Positions 1-9,773 are shown, counted from the stretch's first letter. The stretch is 64,000 nucleotides of DNA from an uncultured Gemmatimonadales bacterium (GCA_963796635.1 CAWCMH010000001.1:198296-262295), one strand, 5' to 3'. A program made the numbers and translations. The notes: a model not told the origin generated them from the sequence alone.

Positions 1-203
1 TCGCCGAGTACTCCTTCCGAGCTCGCGATCAGCCAGCTGCCGGCGTGCAGGTACTTTCGCCGCAGCGCGAGGCTCTCCCGATCCCCACGGCGACCGACGG
101 GCGGTGCCAGCGGGGCCGCCGGCAATCCGGTGAGACAATACAAAAAGGGCCCGCCCTCTTCAGGCGGACCCTTCCTGGTCACCTCTCACCACATCGGGGC
201 GAG

Positions 204-959
204 TTACATCCGGCGACGGCGGCGGCGTGCGAAACCGGCCATGCCGACCAGTCCGGTCGCCAACAGCGCATAGGTGCTCGGCTCGGGCACCACCGAGGGC
301 AATGTCGCTTCGTTCAGGATCAGGCCGTCCGTCTGGCCGTCACCGCGCAGATAGATGTTCAACTGCTCGCCTGTGGTACCCAGCCCAATGTCGAACGGTC
401 GGGTGCAGTTGGGGTAGTCGCTTGAGGGAAACTCCCCGTCAGCGTCGCGGCAGAAACCGTACTGGTCGAAGTTGGCGGCGGGAGTGAAGAAGCTCATGCC
501 CGTGCCACTGGCGATATCAGCGTCGCTGAGTATCGCGCCGAAGTTGTAGCCAACGAGCTGATTATCCCAGCCGAGAGCGCCGGTAATCTCGCCGTTGCCG
601 AGAACCGTCGTGCTGAAGATATAGTTGAAGCGCATGATCCCGTCGCCATCGGGCGTGCCCGAAGCAATCGGGAGGGTACCGTTCGAACTCGCGCCGATCC
701 AGCGAAACTGCGGACCTTCGTTCGGATTCCACGGCGGCGACGGGATGGTGGTGATGACCGGCGCCTGCGCAAAAAAGCCGCTGGTAGGACTGTACGTGCC
801 ACCGGTCGTGGGCGGGCCGAACTGGTCGTACGTCAGGCTCCAGAACGGATCCGTGGCAGCGACGCCGCCTCCGGTATTGAATACCTGCGCCTGGGCCGCT
901 GTGCTACAGATGGCGCCGAGCGCCGCGACAAGGCCGAGCCTCTTGATTGCTGAAAACAT
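204..959 (-). CDS. PEP-CTERM sorting-domain secreted protein
   Basis: Signal peptide MFSAIKRLGLVAALGAICSTAAQAQ. The C-terminus VPEPSTYALLATGLVGMAGFARRRRRR has a PEP motif, a TM helix and an Arg cluster. GGAG lies upstream of the ATG. Confidence 0.8.
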   Translation of the reverse strand: MFSAIKRLGLVAALGAICSTAAQAQVFNTGGGVAATDPFWSLTYDQFGPPTTGGTYSPTSGFFAQAPVITTIPSPPWNPNEGPQFRWIGASSNGTLPIASGTPDGDGIMRFNYIFSTTVLGNGEITGALGWDNQLVGYNFGAILSDADIASGTGMSFFTPAANFDQYGFCRDADGEFPSSDYPNCTRPFDIGLGTTGEQLNIYLRGDGQTDGLILNEATLPSVVPEPSTYALLATGLVGMAGFARRRRRRM

Positions 960-1330
960 GAGTAACTCCTCTATAGCACGTTACGGCGGCGGCAGCGCTC
1001 CAAAGCGCACCAATCCTGTGTCGCCACGGAGTGAGCGATGCATTTCGCATACCCTGCCGGCAGCCGGTGCAGGCTTTCAAGTGCGGTGACGAGCGTGCTC
1101 TGTAATCTTCCTCCAAAGCATTGTGATACAGTGCCTTATGGACCAATGTCGCATGCTGGGCTGAGCAGGCTCAGGCGCGTAGAGCGCTTGCGCGGTACCG
1201 GATATGATGCATGGACTCTGAAGCATGTTGCGTCGCCGCCACAGCGTAACCTGATGAGGAGTTTTCGTTACAGTGACACGCGTTGCACTTCGGTCGGCGT
1301 CGTCAACTGTGTGGCAGCGCGAAAGCGTCG

Positions 1331-4108
1331 TCAGTTCGTCCCGCTCACCCGTGCCTCGCGCTGAATCGCCCCGTCGGTGCACAGTGTCGTCAACGCAGAA
1401 GAGCTGGTCATCGAGAAATTGCCGCTCGCCTGGGACGGCGCCCAGCTGCCGAAATTGTAGCCGGGCAGCGTACTCAGGTCGGGCGTCGCCATCGTTACGG
1501 TGGAACTGCCGGAGTATCCGGTCGATCCGAGCAACGTGAGTCCGTTGCCCGTGGCACCCCAGGTGTAATAGGCGAACTGGTAGTCGGACGGCAGGGTTGT
1601 TGTGACCTGGGGCCGCTTGAACGTTCCCGGCAGAGCCGTGATCGTCGGCGCCGGCAACGCAGCGCCCAGCGCCAGCGTCGGACTGGCGAAAGTGTGTATG
1701 GCCAGCTCCACTTCGCGGGTCGACGTGTAGGCACTGAACTCGTGCAGGTCACCGGGTTGCTGCACCGACGCGGGGAATCCGAAGACGGCAGTTCTCGGCA
1801 CCAGCTGCGGTTCCATGAAGGCGTCGCCTGCCGGACACGACTGCGGCTGCGTGACGTAGTACTCCGACCAGTAGGTTTGCTCGCCGCCGGTGTTCTGCAC
1901 CGTCATCGTTCCCTGCAGCGGGGCGAACGACTGCGGGCCGTTCAGGTCGAGTGTGCCGAGATCGCCGCCGTTGGGGAGATTGATGCCGCGCTGAATGAAC
2001 CCGCGGACATCCATGGTGGGATCGCCGCTGTTGTAGCGCAGCACCGTCACGTCGACGGTACCGGTGGACGATCCGGTGAGCGTGCCGTTCGGGATCGCCG
2101 TTTGCGCTTCCACCGTCGACCTTGGTGTCGACACGTTGGCAAAGTCATTGTTGAGCATTCCGGCCAGCGTGAAAGTCAGCGAGGGACCGCCGGACGAAGG
2201 CACGAAGTTGCAGCTTACCATCGAGGGCAGTTCCGACGTGACACCGAAGTAGACCGTTGTCTCGTAGCCGGAGCCGCCATAGAACGGGGTCACCAGTGCC
2301 ACGGTACCCTTCCCCTGGGAAAGATTGAAGGTAAAGACGCCTGACGTGCCGGTGACGGCGGTGAACGCGCCGCTGCCGTCCTGATAGGCGAGCCAGATCG
2401 GCCTGACCGCGGGATCGCAACGCGAGTAGTCGAGATGCACCGTGACGCTGTTCGCTGCGGCCACCGTCGCGGTGATCACGGTCTGGGTGCTCTTGCCATT
2501 GGACATGCCGGTGATGGTGACCGGATAATTGCCGCCCGCAAGGCCGGGCGCCGCCGTGAACGTGACCGACAAGCTGTCGGTCACCGACGTTGGCGTGATC
2601 GTGGCGGTGAGTCCAGTCGGCAGTCCCGATACCGCGTAGGTGATGGTCCCGGTGAAGCCCGGAGCGCGGGTCACCTGCACTCCGGTGCTGGCGCTCCCGT
2701 TCTGCGGCACGTTGGCGAACGTGGGTGTGCCGCTCAACGCGAAACCACTCAACGGGAAGACCGTGAGTGCGATCGGCGTGGTCACGTCGGCGAGCCCGTT
2801 CGCCTTGCCGCGGACGGTGATGGCGTATGCTCCGGGCGTGGCTGTCGATGAAGCCGCCAGCGTCAACGTGGACGCGTTGCCTGTCGTCGACGAAGGACTG
2901 AATGTGGCCGTCACTCCGCTGGGAAGATTCTCTGCGCTCAGCGCGATCGACGCGGGAAACGCCGTTCGGGCCAGCGTCAGCGTCGAGCCGCCGCTGGCGC
3001 CCTGGACGACGGACACCGATGCGGGCGCAGGCGTGATGGTGTAACCCGGGTTGACGATCGCCAGGATCACCGGCGCCGCCGTGGTGAGTGCGGAGGGACT
3101 GCCGGTCGCGCGCACGACGAACGTGTATCTGCCGAGGGCCGCGGTGTGCGAGACACTCACGGTTACCGAGAAGGTCTCGTAATAGCCGCCCAGGCTGTCG
3201 TTGGTGCGCTGTGGAGTCGAGACCGACGCCGTGACGCCATCCGGCAATTCCGAAACGTCGAGCGTGATCGGGCCGAGATAGGCGATCACGCCGGCTTCGC
3301 TGGTATAGGCATAGCTGCCGCCGGGCGCGACGGCCGCGGAATCGAATGCATTGAGATAGATCGATGGCGTCCCGCCCAGGCACGTTGTCACGCACGCGAC
3401 GTAGCCGCTGAAATGCGTGGTGGTGCCAGTGACGACGTGGGCCGCGGTATCGACCGAACTGCCCGGCACGACGCTCCAGGTATTGCCGCTGCGCAGGAAG
3501 AGTTGCAATTGCGAAGCATCAACGCCCGAGGGCAACTGGTCTGGTTCGTAGTGCAGCTTGACCGTGACCGGCTGAGCGAACTGCGTTCCGGTCGGACCGA
3601 AATCGGTGGCGGTGGCGCTGACCAGGCCGGTCGCGGGTGGTGGCATCGACATCGGCTGGACGGAGATCGGCATCGTAGTAGCGAGTGCCCCGGCAGGTAT
3701 CACCAGCGTCGCAATCCCGCCTGGGCCGACGACCGTGGCGCCAGCCGGTCCGACCATGCCGCCGTGGAGCACGGTGATCGTTGCCGTGGCACTCTTCCCG
3801 CCGCTCAGTGCGGTGACCGTGGCGGTGCCCGGAGCCGTGCCCGTGAGTACGCCAGACATGTTCACCGTGGCGACGCTCGCTGGTGTCACACTCCAGGAAA
3901 TCGTCGCCCCCGATACGGCGTTGCCGTCGGCGTCCTTGGCCGTGGCCGATAGTGCCAGCGTCTGCTGCGGCACGACGCTGTCGGTCGCGGGGGTCAGGGC
4001 AATTGAGGTTACGGTCGTCCCGGTCGATGGTCCGGTGGCGGAACTGCCGCAGCCGGCGAGGACGAACGCGCCACCGAGGAAGATGCGGACCGGGAATCGG
4101 GCTACCAT
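1331..4108 (-). CDS. Large surface lipoprotein with Big_2/Ig-like repeats
   Basis: 925-aa ORF with a lipoprotein-type signal (FVLAGCGSS) and an N-terminal Big_2-like segment (SATAKDADGNAVSGATISWSV). It has repeated ~95-aa Ig-like modules. Its C-terminal half is homologous to the product of 61117..63042 (VHLDYSRCDP..WLAYQDGSGAF vs VAIDFSACFP..WVAYQDGTGPW). Confidence 0.8.
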   Translation of the reverse strand: MVARFPVRIFLGGAFVLAGCGSSATGPSTGTTVTSIALTPATDSVVPQQTLALSATAKDADGNAVSGATISWSVTPASVATVNMSGVLTGTAPGTATVTALSGGKSATATITVLHGGMVGPAGATVVGPGGIATLVIPAGALATTMPISVQPMSMPPPATGLVSATATDFGPTGTQFAQPVTVKLHYEPDQLPSGVDASQLQLFLRSGNTWSVVPGSSVDTAAHVVTGTTTHFSGYVACVTTCLGGTPSIYLNAFDSAAVAPGGSYAYTSEAGVIAYLGPITLDVSELPDGVTASVSTPQRTNDSLGGYYETFSVTVSVSHTAALGRYTFVVRATGSPSALTTAAPVILAIVNPGYTITPAPASVSVVQGASGGSTLTLARTAFPASIALSAENLPSGVTATFSPSSTTGNASTLTLAASSTATPGAYAITVRGKANGLADVTTPIALTVFPLSGFALSGTPTFANVPQNGSASTGVQVTRAPGFTGTITYAVSGLPTGLTATITPTSVTDSLSVTFTAAPGLAGGNYPVTITGMSNGKSTQTVITATVAAANSVTVHLDYSRCDPAVRPIWLAYQDGSGAFTAVTGTSGVFTFNLSQGKGTVALVTPFYGGSGYETTVYFGVTSELPSMVSCNFVPSSGGPSLTFTLAGMLNNDFANVSTPRSTVEAQTAIPNGTLTGSSTGTVDVTVLRYNSGDPTMDVRGFIQRGINLPNGGDLGTLDLNGPQSFAPLQGTMTVQNTGGEQTYWSEYYVTQPQSCPAGDAFMEPQLVPRTAVFGFPASVQQPGDLHEFSAYTSTREVELAIHTFASPTLALGAALPAPTITALPGTFKRPQVTTTLPSDYQFAYYTWGATGNGLTLLGSTGYSGSSTVTMATPDLSTLPGYNFGSWAPSQASGNFSMTSSSALTTLCTDGAIQREARVSGTN

Positions 4109-4446
4109 GCTGCCACCCCGCTGCGAGAGAAGACGGACCTGTCTTCAGCTAAAGCGGAAAACGGCGGCAATCGGTATCACCCGGCGATCGGGGGCCTTCG
4201 CCAGCCACCCCCTCGCACGACGCGGTTCGCGCGCCCAGACGTCGGGTTCGCGCGGCCAGGACACTTGAGCCGTGGCCGGAGGTCACCGACCCGCGAACGC
4301 TAGCTTATTCCGTGTCCCGGAGTCTCCGGAACAACCACTGGGAGGTGCGCCATGCAACGTGAGCTGGGCCGGCGGGGTTGTTGTCGGCGAAATCCCGTCA
4401 TGGGCGCCGTCGACGGGCTGCAGCGCATCGTGAGATTTCACCTTCG

Positions 4447-5013
4447 ATGAAACGCTCCATTCCCGCGGCACTCACGACGTTGCGCCTGCTGCTCGGCCCC
4501 CTCGCGCTGGCATGCGCCTGGTTCGGTTGGCCGCGCTGGCTGTTCGCGCCGATCCTCGTCGTCGCGACGCTGTCGGATATCTACGACGGGGTGCTTGCCC
4601 GGCGATGGGGGGTCGCCACGCCAGCGCTGCGGCGCTACGACAGCATGACCGACCTCGTCTACTACCTCTTCATTCTTGCGGCGACTTGGCTGCTCTGTCG
4701 CCCGGCGATTGTCGCGCACTGGCTCGCCGTCAGCGCTCTCGTCGCCTCGGAACTGGCCACCGTCGCGATCAGTCTGGCGCGGTTTGGTGCATTTCCCGCG
4801 ACGCACTCGTGGCTCGCGAAGGTCTTCGGCCTCTTCCTCTTCTTCTGTGTGTTCGCACTTCTCGTATTCGACGCGACGGGCAGGATCATCGTGTGGCTGG
4901 CTGCGATCGGCCTCGTGGCCAACGCGGAAATCATCGCGATCCTCTGCGTATCGAAGGTGCCGCCGGTCGATGTCCCGTCGATGTTGCGGATGCGGGACAC
5001 GGGTCGCGAGTAG
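4447..5013 (+). CDS. CDP-alcohol phosphatidyltransferase-family membrane protein
   Basis: Motif D-IY-DG-VL-AR-x..-G-x..-DSMTD fits D(x)2DG(x)2AR...G(x)3D(x)3D. Multiple hydrophobic helices. Start set at the MKRSIPAAL ATG (4447) inside ORF 4378..5013. Confidence 0.65.
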   Translation: MKRSIPAALTTLRLLLGPLALACAWFGWPRWLFAPILVVATLSDIYDGVLARRWGVATPALRRYDSMTDLVYYLFILAATWLLCRPAIVAHWLAVSALVASELATVAISLARFGAFPATHSWLAKVFGLFLFFCVFALLVFDATGRIIVWLAAIGLVANAEIIAILCVSKVPPVDVPSMLRMRDTGRE

Positions 5014-6042
5014 CCATCCTCGTATCCGGGGGGAGAGCAGGGCGCCATCGTCGGCAGGCTCACGGCGCACATGAAGAATGCCACGCCCGTGTCGTTCGGT
5101 GCGGACCGGGTGCTGGTGCGGCTCGTCGATGACGATGGCGTGGTGCGGTTCGGGGTGTATCGGCTGTCGCCGGCGCCGGAAACGGCGACAGCGCTCGCGG
5201 TCGCCCGGTTCGCGAGGCGCTTCGCGGACGCAACGACCCTCTTTGCGCTTGCAGCAACTTCCTTCCCGTGCGCAACGACCTCCCTCGCCTTTGTCAGCTC
5301 GATCCACGGTCGAAGAGCGAGTCGACCGCCCCACGATGCAGGCACCGCAATTCTTTCGCGGGGACACTTGCATGATTGACGACCAGACTCATTCTCGCGC
5401 CGACCAGCCTCGGCCGCGCACGATCGAACCGGCCTCGCGCACCGGCGACCCCGCAGCCCTCTGCGACGATCCCGGGTCACGGGACGACAACACCGCCTTG
5501 TAATACGATGAGGCGCGCTTCCGCGATGAGGCCACTGCCTCGCATCACGCAGATACCCGGTCGCGCCACGAGCAGGCCGGAGATTTTCACGCCCTCCTTT
5601 TCGTTGTTGCGACGTGACGGTTTCGCGCAGAGCCCGGAGCGGGGCGCGTCACGACGATCGTCGCCGTCGCCCAGCATCACGGTGGATGTTTCGCGTCGAT
5701 CCCGAAATTGACAGGGCCGAGAATTTTCTGGTGGCGACGAACCGGTTTCCTGCGGCGCTCCACCCGGGTGCGAGAGGGGCGCAGTTGCCGATGTTCCGGC
5801 GGTCTGCACCGGTTCCGGACCGTGATTTTTTGGACACTCGTGTCCACCGGTTGGACACTCGGAACCGCCGAGTTTTTGCAAGTCGTCTAATCGCAACCAC
5901 TTCCGCGTGGCACGTTCCATGTAATGAACACCGCCGACTTGGTGGCCGTCGGCACCGCGTCTTCCCAAACAATTCAGCTCATGCACGTCAACCTGGTTGC
6001 GCCGTTCCCGGCAACGGTGCCGCCATTGCACGGAGGTGCCAT

Positions 6043-6798
6043 ATGCAGTCCAATACCCGCAGGACGATTTCGATGGCGCGCCGAGCCCTCGACTTCGCGA
6101 CGACCCACGCCTTGACCGACGCCGGTTACACCACTGTGGTGGCGCGGCTCAAGGACGAGGTGACCAAGGCCGACGATCTCGGCCGATTGCAGGCCGAGGG
6201 AATCCGGCGCGAACATGTGGCGCACGGTACGCGCTACGAGATGCGCCGCACAATCCGCTCGCAGCAGTTGCGGCGACTCAGCAAGCTCGCCAGCCTGGCC
6301 GGGGTCGATCACCCCGAACTGGTGGGGAAGTACGATCTTCCTCCGCGAGAGGGACCGTATCGCTCCTTCCTGTTGCGCGCGCAGTCCATGCTCAGCAGCG
6401 CGACCGAGCAGAAGGACCTGCTCGGCCAGCTGGGCCTGGGTGATTCGTTCATCGCCGATCTCACCAATTCCCTCGCGACGTATGAGGGGTTGACAGCGAA
6501 CGCCCACGCTGCGCGCGTCGACCATGTCGGTGCCAGCGGCGCGTTGCGGGCGCTGGCGCGTCGCTGCGAGCAGGAGGTCGACGTGATCGGGACGTACATC
6601 GCGTCGACGTACGCCAACGATGCGCAGACGCTGACGGCGTGGCAGAGCGCGCGCAACGTGGCGGGACCGTTCACGCACGCGAAGAATGCGGCGCCGGAAC
6701 CGGCGCCAATCGCCGGAACCGGTGCCGGATCCGGTGCCAGCGCCGAGTCCCGAGCCGATCGTCTCGCCGGAAGGAGGGGGGAACGTGTCGTGAGATGA
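6043..6798 (+). CDS. Hypothetical helical protein
   Basis: In-frame ATG at 6043 preceded by GGAGG (6032-6036). The upstream part of ORF 5614..6798 is Arg/Pro-rich and unlikely to be coding. No recognisable domain. Confidence 0.55.
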   Translation: MQSNTRRTISMARRALDFATTHALTDAGYTTVVARLKDEVTKADDLGRLQAEGIRREHVAHGTRYEMRRTIRSQQLRRLSKLASLAGVDHPELVGKYDLPPREGPYRSFLLRAQSMLSSATEQKDLLGQLGLGDSFIADLTNSLATYEGLTANAHAARVDHVGASGALRALARRCEQEVDVIGTYIASTYANDAQTLTAWQSARNVAGPFTHAKNAAPEPAPIAGTGAGSGASAESRADRLAGRRGERVVR

Positions 6799-6824
6799 TC
6801 GCGACGATGATGATGTGCAGGAAA

Positions 6825-6862
6825 CCCGGCGCGCGGATCAGGGGATCGGTCCGCGCGCCGGG
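6825..6862 (+). terminator. Strong GC hairpin downstream of 6043..6798
   Basis: Perfect 13-bp stem CCCGGCGCGCGGA / TCCGCGCGCCGGG with a 12-nt loop, followed by TGTGTGTGTGG. There is no clean U-tract. Confidence 0.4.
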
Positions 6863-6994
6863 TGTGTGTGGGGACAAGCGGCCCAGGCCGGTCGACGGAC
6901 CGACCGTCATGGCGATCTTTGCGACGCTGCAGACCTGGTGGCATTTCAGGGATATATGAGCGCGTCCAGGCCTCCCCGAGGGGGTTGTGCTGGT

Positions 6995-7022
6995 CTGTAT
7001 ACTATAATATCGTTCTGTATAC
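6995..7022 (+). promoter_or_regulatory. AT-rich promoter/operator candidate for the MNT-HEPN operon
   Basis: Two CTGTATAC boxes (6995-7002 and 7015-7022; GTATAC is palindromic) flank a perfect TATAAT (7003-7008), 32 nt upstream of the ATG at 7040. This is a conspicuous AT-rich island in GC-rich DNA. Confidence 0.4.
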
Positions 7023-7039
7023 AATAAACAGCAGATGAT

Positions 7040-7681
7040 ATGCGCCAACCGGTCCAGCCCAGCAGCCACTTCTATCACCCGCTCGACGCCGTCCTCGGCA
7101 CGCCTGCGGCCGTCCGGATCCTGCGCGTGTTGTCCCTGCATCAGGGCGCTCTCACCACGACGAGCGTTGCGCGGCGTAGCGGCCTGGGCCGTGCGGGCGC
7201 CCATCGCGCGCTCGAACGGCTGGTCCGCGCCCGCATTATCGCCCCCGTGGGCGATCCGGCCCGGCCGCTGTTCGAGCTTTCACGCGACCGTCAACTAGCT
7301 GGGGAACTCGCCAGGCTGTTTCGCGCGGAGGCTGCCCGCACCGACGATTTCTTCAGCGACCTGCGCGATGCTGCGGCTGCAACCGATCCGCCGCCTGTCG
7401 CGGTCTGGCTGATCGGCAGTGCGGCGCGGGGTGAGGATTCGGTGGGCAGCGACATCGATATCGCCGTCGTGTTCCGGCAAGGGCGAGCTCCCGGACTCAA
7501 GCTGTTCAGCCAGAAAGTGTACGAATCGGGCGCGCGCGCGGGCGTGCGTGCGTCGCTGCTGGGACTGTCGCTCAGGGAGCTGTCGCGACACGCTCGACGT
7601 AATGACGACTGGTGGCGGAATCTCGTGCGCGACGCAGTGCCGATTGTGGGTCGTGAGCCGGCGGGGCTGATCGATGACTAG
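7040..7681 (+). CDS. wHTH + nucleotidyltransferase (MNT-type antitoxin-like) protein
   Basis: N-terminal winged-HTH-like segment (LRILRVLSLHQGALTTTSVARRSGL). NTase motif LIGSAARGEDSVGSDIDIAVVF (GS-x9-12-DxD). Overlaps the downstream HEPN gene by 8 nt. Confidence 0.75.
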   Translation: MRQPVQPSSHFYHPLDAVLGTPAAVRILRVLSLHQGALTTTSVARRSGLGRAGAHRALERLVRARIIAPVGDPARPLFELSRDRQLAGELARLFRAEAARTDDFFSDLRDAAAATDPPPVAVWLIGSAARGEDSVGSDIDIAVVFRQGRAPGLKLFSQKVYESGARAGVRASLLGLSLRELSRHARRNDDWWRNLVRDAVPIVGREPAGLIDD

Positions 7682-8096
7682 ACGAGGCACAGCGCGCAGC
7701 GTTCCGCGCGGTGATTGGCAAGGGCGTCGCGACAATGGCCGGGCGTTTCTTCAGGCGGCCGAGGATCTCATGGAACTGGCTCAGGCCGGGCGCAGCTGCA
7801 ACCCGATCATCACGCAATGTGTCGACGCTGCCATCGCCTACGGCGATGCCGTGTCGATCAAGTTTGGTGGTGTCCATAACACGGCCGATCACCACGCCCT
7901 GGGCCACACGATCCACCGGGTGATCGGTGCGCGATTTCCCGATCGTGCGGCGAAGCACCTCGCCGACATTCTCGCCGAAAAAGATGAAGCGGCGTACGGC
8001 GCTCACGCGGCGACGCAGGCCGAGGCGCGCGACATCGTCAAAGCAGCGAAGCGATTCGCCGAATGGGCCGAGCAGGAGTTGGCAAGGCCGGGGTGA
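7674..8096 (+). CDS. HEPN domain protein (toxin-like partner of the NTase)
   Basis: 140 aa, all-helical HEPN-like pattern (GRAFLQAAEDLMELA...AIAYGDAV...HHALGHTIHRV...EARDIVKAAKRFAEWAEQEL). Translationally coupled to the upstream NTase gene. Confidence 0.7.
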   Translation: MTRRGTARSVPRGDWQGRRDNGRAFLQAAEDLMELAQAGRSCNPIITQCVDAAIAYGDAVSIKFGGVHNTADHHALGHTIHRVIGARFPDRAAKHLADILAEKDEAAYGAHAATQAEARDIVKAAKRFAEWAEQELARPG

Positions 8097-8119
8097 ACGA
8101 GGGCGAATCGGTCGCGAGC

Positions 8120-9526
8120 CTAGCGCCTGACCGGCGCCGAGATCAGCTGAAAGTGCAGTTCGTAGGTGCTGTCGGTCGGTGCGGCCAGCCAGATCTCGCC
8201 GTGCGCGCCGCTGGTCGATTGGAAGCCCGCGCTGGGGAGGTCGCCACCGAACGGGTTGGCGCCTTCGGGACTCCAATCCTGGGGGAGTGACGCGGCCACG
8301 TCCTGCACCAGCGCGTCGTAATACGCGCGTTCGCGATCTGCGTCGATGGGGATAGCGCAGGACATAGTCGTGGTCGAGTCGCCCTGCACCACCCAGCATC
8401 CGCGTGCGATCTGCGGTTTCACGCCCGACGTCCACATCCGAAAGCCCTGCTGCAAGATCACGTTGCCGCTCTTGTACGCGTCGAAGCCGGTCTTCGATGC
8501 GGCGAGGTAGGTGGCGACGTCCTGGTGCACCCAATTGAACAGCACTCCCCGGCCGTTGGGCGTGAGCGTTTCGGCATCGCCTTCAGTCACCGGCACAAAG
8601 ACGGTATCGGACGTGGCGTCGGCGGGCGTGTATTGCCAGGCGGTCTCGACGACGTGCTTGTTGGCGGCGGCGAGGGCCGTTGTCAGGCTCTGCTTCTTGG
8701 CCGCCATGTCGGCGGCTGAGGTGGCCGTGGTCGGGGAGTAGACGCAGGCCACCAGGCCGTCGGCGCCCGAGTATTCGTAGTGGGTGACCAGGAACATCTG
8801 GAAGTGGAGCTGAGCGTGCTCGAACGTCATGAAATTGTCGGTTTTCGACCCGGCATCGGGGAGGTCGAAGAAGTCGCTGACATACACGACCGGCTGCTTG
8901 TCGGTCGACGAGCAGAAATAGGTGATCGACGCACCGCTGGTCGGCGATGTAGTCGTGGTGGCGGCGACGTCGGTTGACGTGGAAGCGGTGCCGATCGCGA
9001 CGGAGGATGTTGCGCCGTCCCAGTGAAGATCGTAGGTGTATTGCCCGGGACCGGCCGGCATGAAATCGTAGGTGACCGGGAGCCTCATGCTCGCGTGGCA
9101 GTTGACGGCGGGATCGCCGGCGGATTCCGGATACTTGAAGCCAGTGTTCGCGTTGACGTCGGCGCAGATCTGCCCGGTACCCGATTGCATCCACCCCTGC
9201 TTGTCCGCGTTGGCGTCCTGGTATGCGCGCCAGCTGCCGTTGTTCTTGGCCATCAACACGATGCGCGCGCCCGATTGTGGCGTAATCGGGCCGGCGGCGT
9301 CGTAGGACTCGTCGTACACGACCTCGCACGCTCCAGCTTTCACCTGATACCAGCCGCTGGTTTCCCAGCGGTAGCCGGTGAAAAAGAGCTGGATGCGGGC
9401 GGCGTAGGCGACGTCGATGGTGACGGGGCCCTTGTTGCAGATGGTGAGGGTCGCGTTCTGGGCGTGGATCGTGGCAGGGAAGGTGAGCAGGGCGCAGGCG
9501 GGGAGAAGCGCGGCGAATCGGGTCAT
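8120..9526 (-). CDS. Secreted protein with DUF1036-like N-terminal domain
   Basis: Signal peptide MTRFAALLPACALLTFPATIHAQ. N-terminal pattern LTICNKGPVTIDVAYA...GYRWETSGWYQVKAGACEVV resembles DUF1036. GGAGAA lies upstream of the ATG. Confidence 0.6.
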   Translation of the reverse strand: MTRFAALLPACALLTFPATIHAQNATLTICNKGPVTIDVAYAARIQLFFTGYRWETSGWYQVKAGACEVVYDESYDAAGPITPQSGARIVLMAKNNGSWRAYQDANADKQGWMQSGTGQICADVNANTGFKYPESAGDPAVNCHASMRLPVTYDFMPAGPGQYTYDLHWDGATSSVAIGTASTSTDVAATTTTSPTSGASITYFCSSTDKQPVVYVSDFFDLPDAGSKTDNFMTFEHAQLHFQMFLVTHYEYSGADGLVACVYSPTTATSAADMAAKKQSLTTALAAANKHVVETAWQYTPADATSDTVFVPVTEGDAETLTPNGRGVLFNWVHQDVATYLAASKTGFDAYKSGNVILQQGFRMWTSGVKPQIARGCWVVQGDSTTTMSCAIPIDADRERAYYDALVQDVAASLPQDWSPEGANPFGGDLPSAGFQSTSGAHGEIWLAAPTDSTYELHFQLISAPVRR

Positions 9527-9773
9527 GCGAATTCTCCGTGGCGGAGACTGCGCGGTGCGGGCGTGCTGGTTCGATTGAGGTGGTAAGTATCGCGCGGGGT
9601 GGGGAGGGGCGCCAGCGGGGGCGGCAAGACACGATGGTTTGAAGGCGGGCTGACTGAGGGGCGGCTCGCATGTCCGTCGAATTAGCTAGACTTGTTGGTG
9701 TGCTGCCGGATTTATGCTGCGGGTGAGGCAGGTCCAATACACGTTAGCCAGACGGATTGAGGTGCCGAGCCAA

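Noticed and set aside
1283-4268. Many 100-400-aa ORFs on both strands overlapping the 925-aa lipoprotein gene (for example 1283..2344, 2145..3395, 3146..3952, 3606..4268)
   Set aside because: They have low-complexity Arg/Gly/Pro composition. Only the 1331..4108 frame shows a signal peptide, repeats and a paralogue elsewhere.
5735-5770. tRNA-3'-end-like sequence TGGTGGCGACGAACCGG that might mark a distal att site for the tRNA-Arg island
   Set aside because: It does not match the tRNA-Arg 3' end beyond CGAACC, and it cannot be folded into a T-arm or acceptor.
4662-6031. ORFs between the phosphatidyltransferase gene and 6043 (5071..5379 +, 4662..5480 -, 5477..6031 -)
   Set aside because: Both strands are open and GC3 is high in several frames. 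There are no motifs, RBS or signal features to choose between them. The region is left unannotated.
6995-7037. LexA/SOS box (CTGT...ACAG) in the AT-rich patch
   Set aside because: CTGTATACAATAAACAG has a 9-nt rather than 8-nt spacer, and the organism's LexA motif is unknown. It is more simply described as repeated GTATAC boxes.
9527-9749. Possible attI site or Pc promoter, with GTTAGCC at 9743-9749 as the attI core
   Set aside because: No integrase gene and no recognisable integrase-binding repeats are present. An upstream GGCTGAC does not pair with it as an attC would. A single 7-mer is insufficient evidence.
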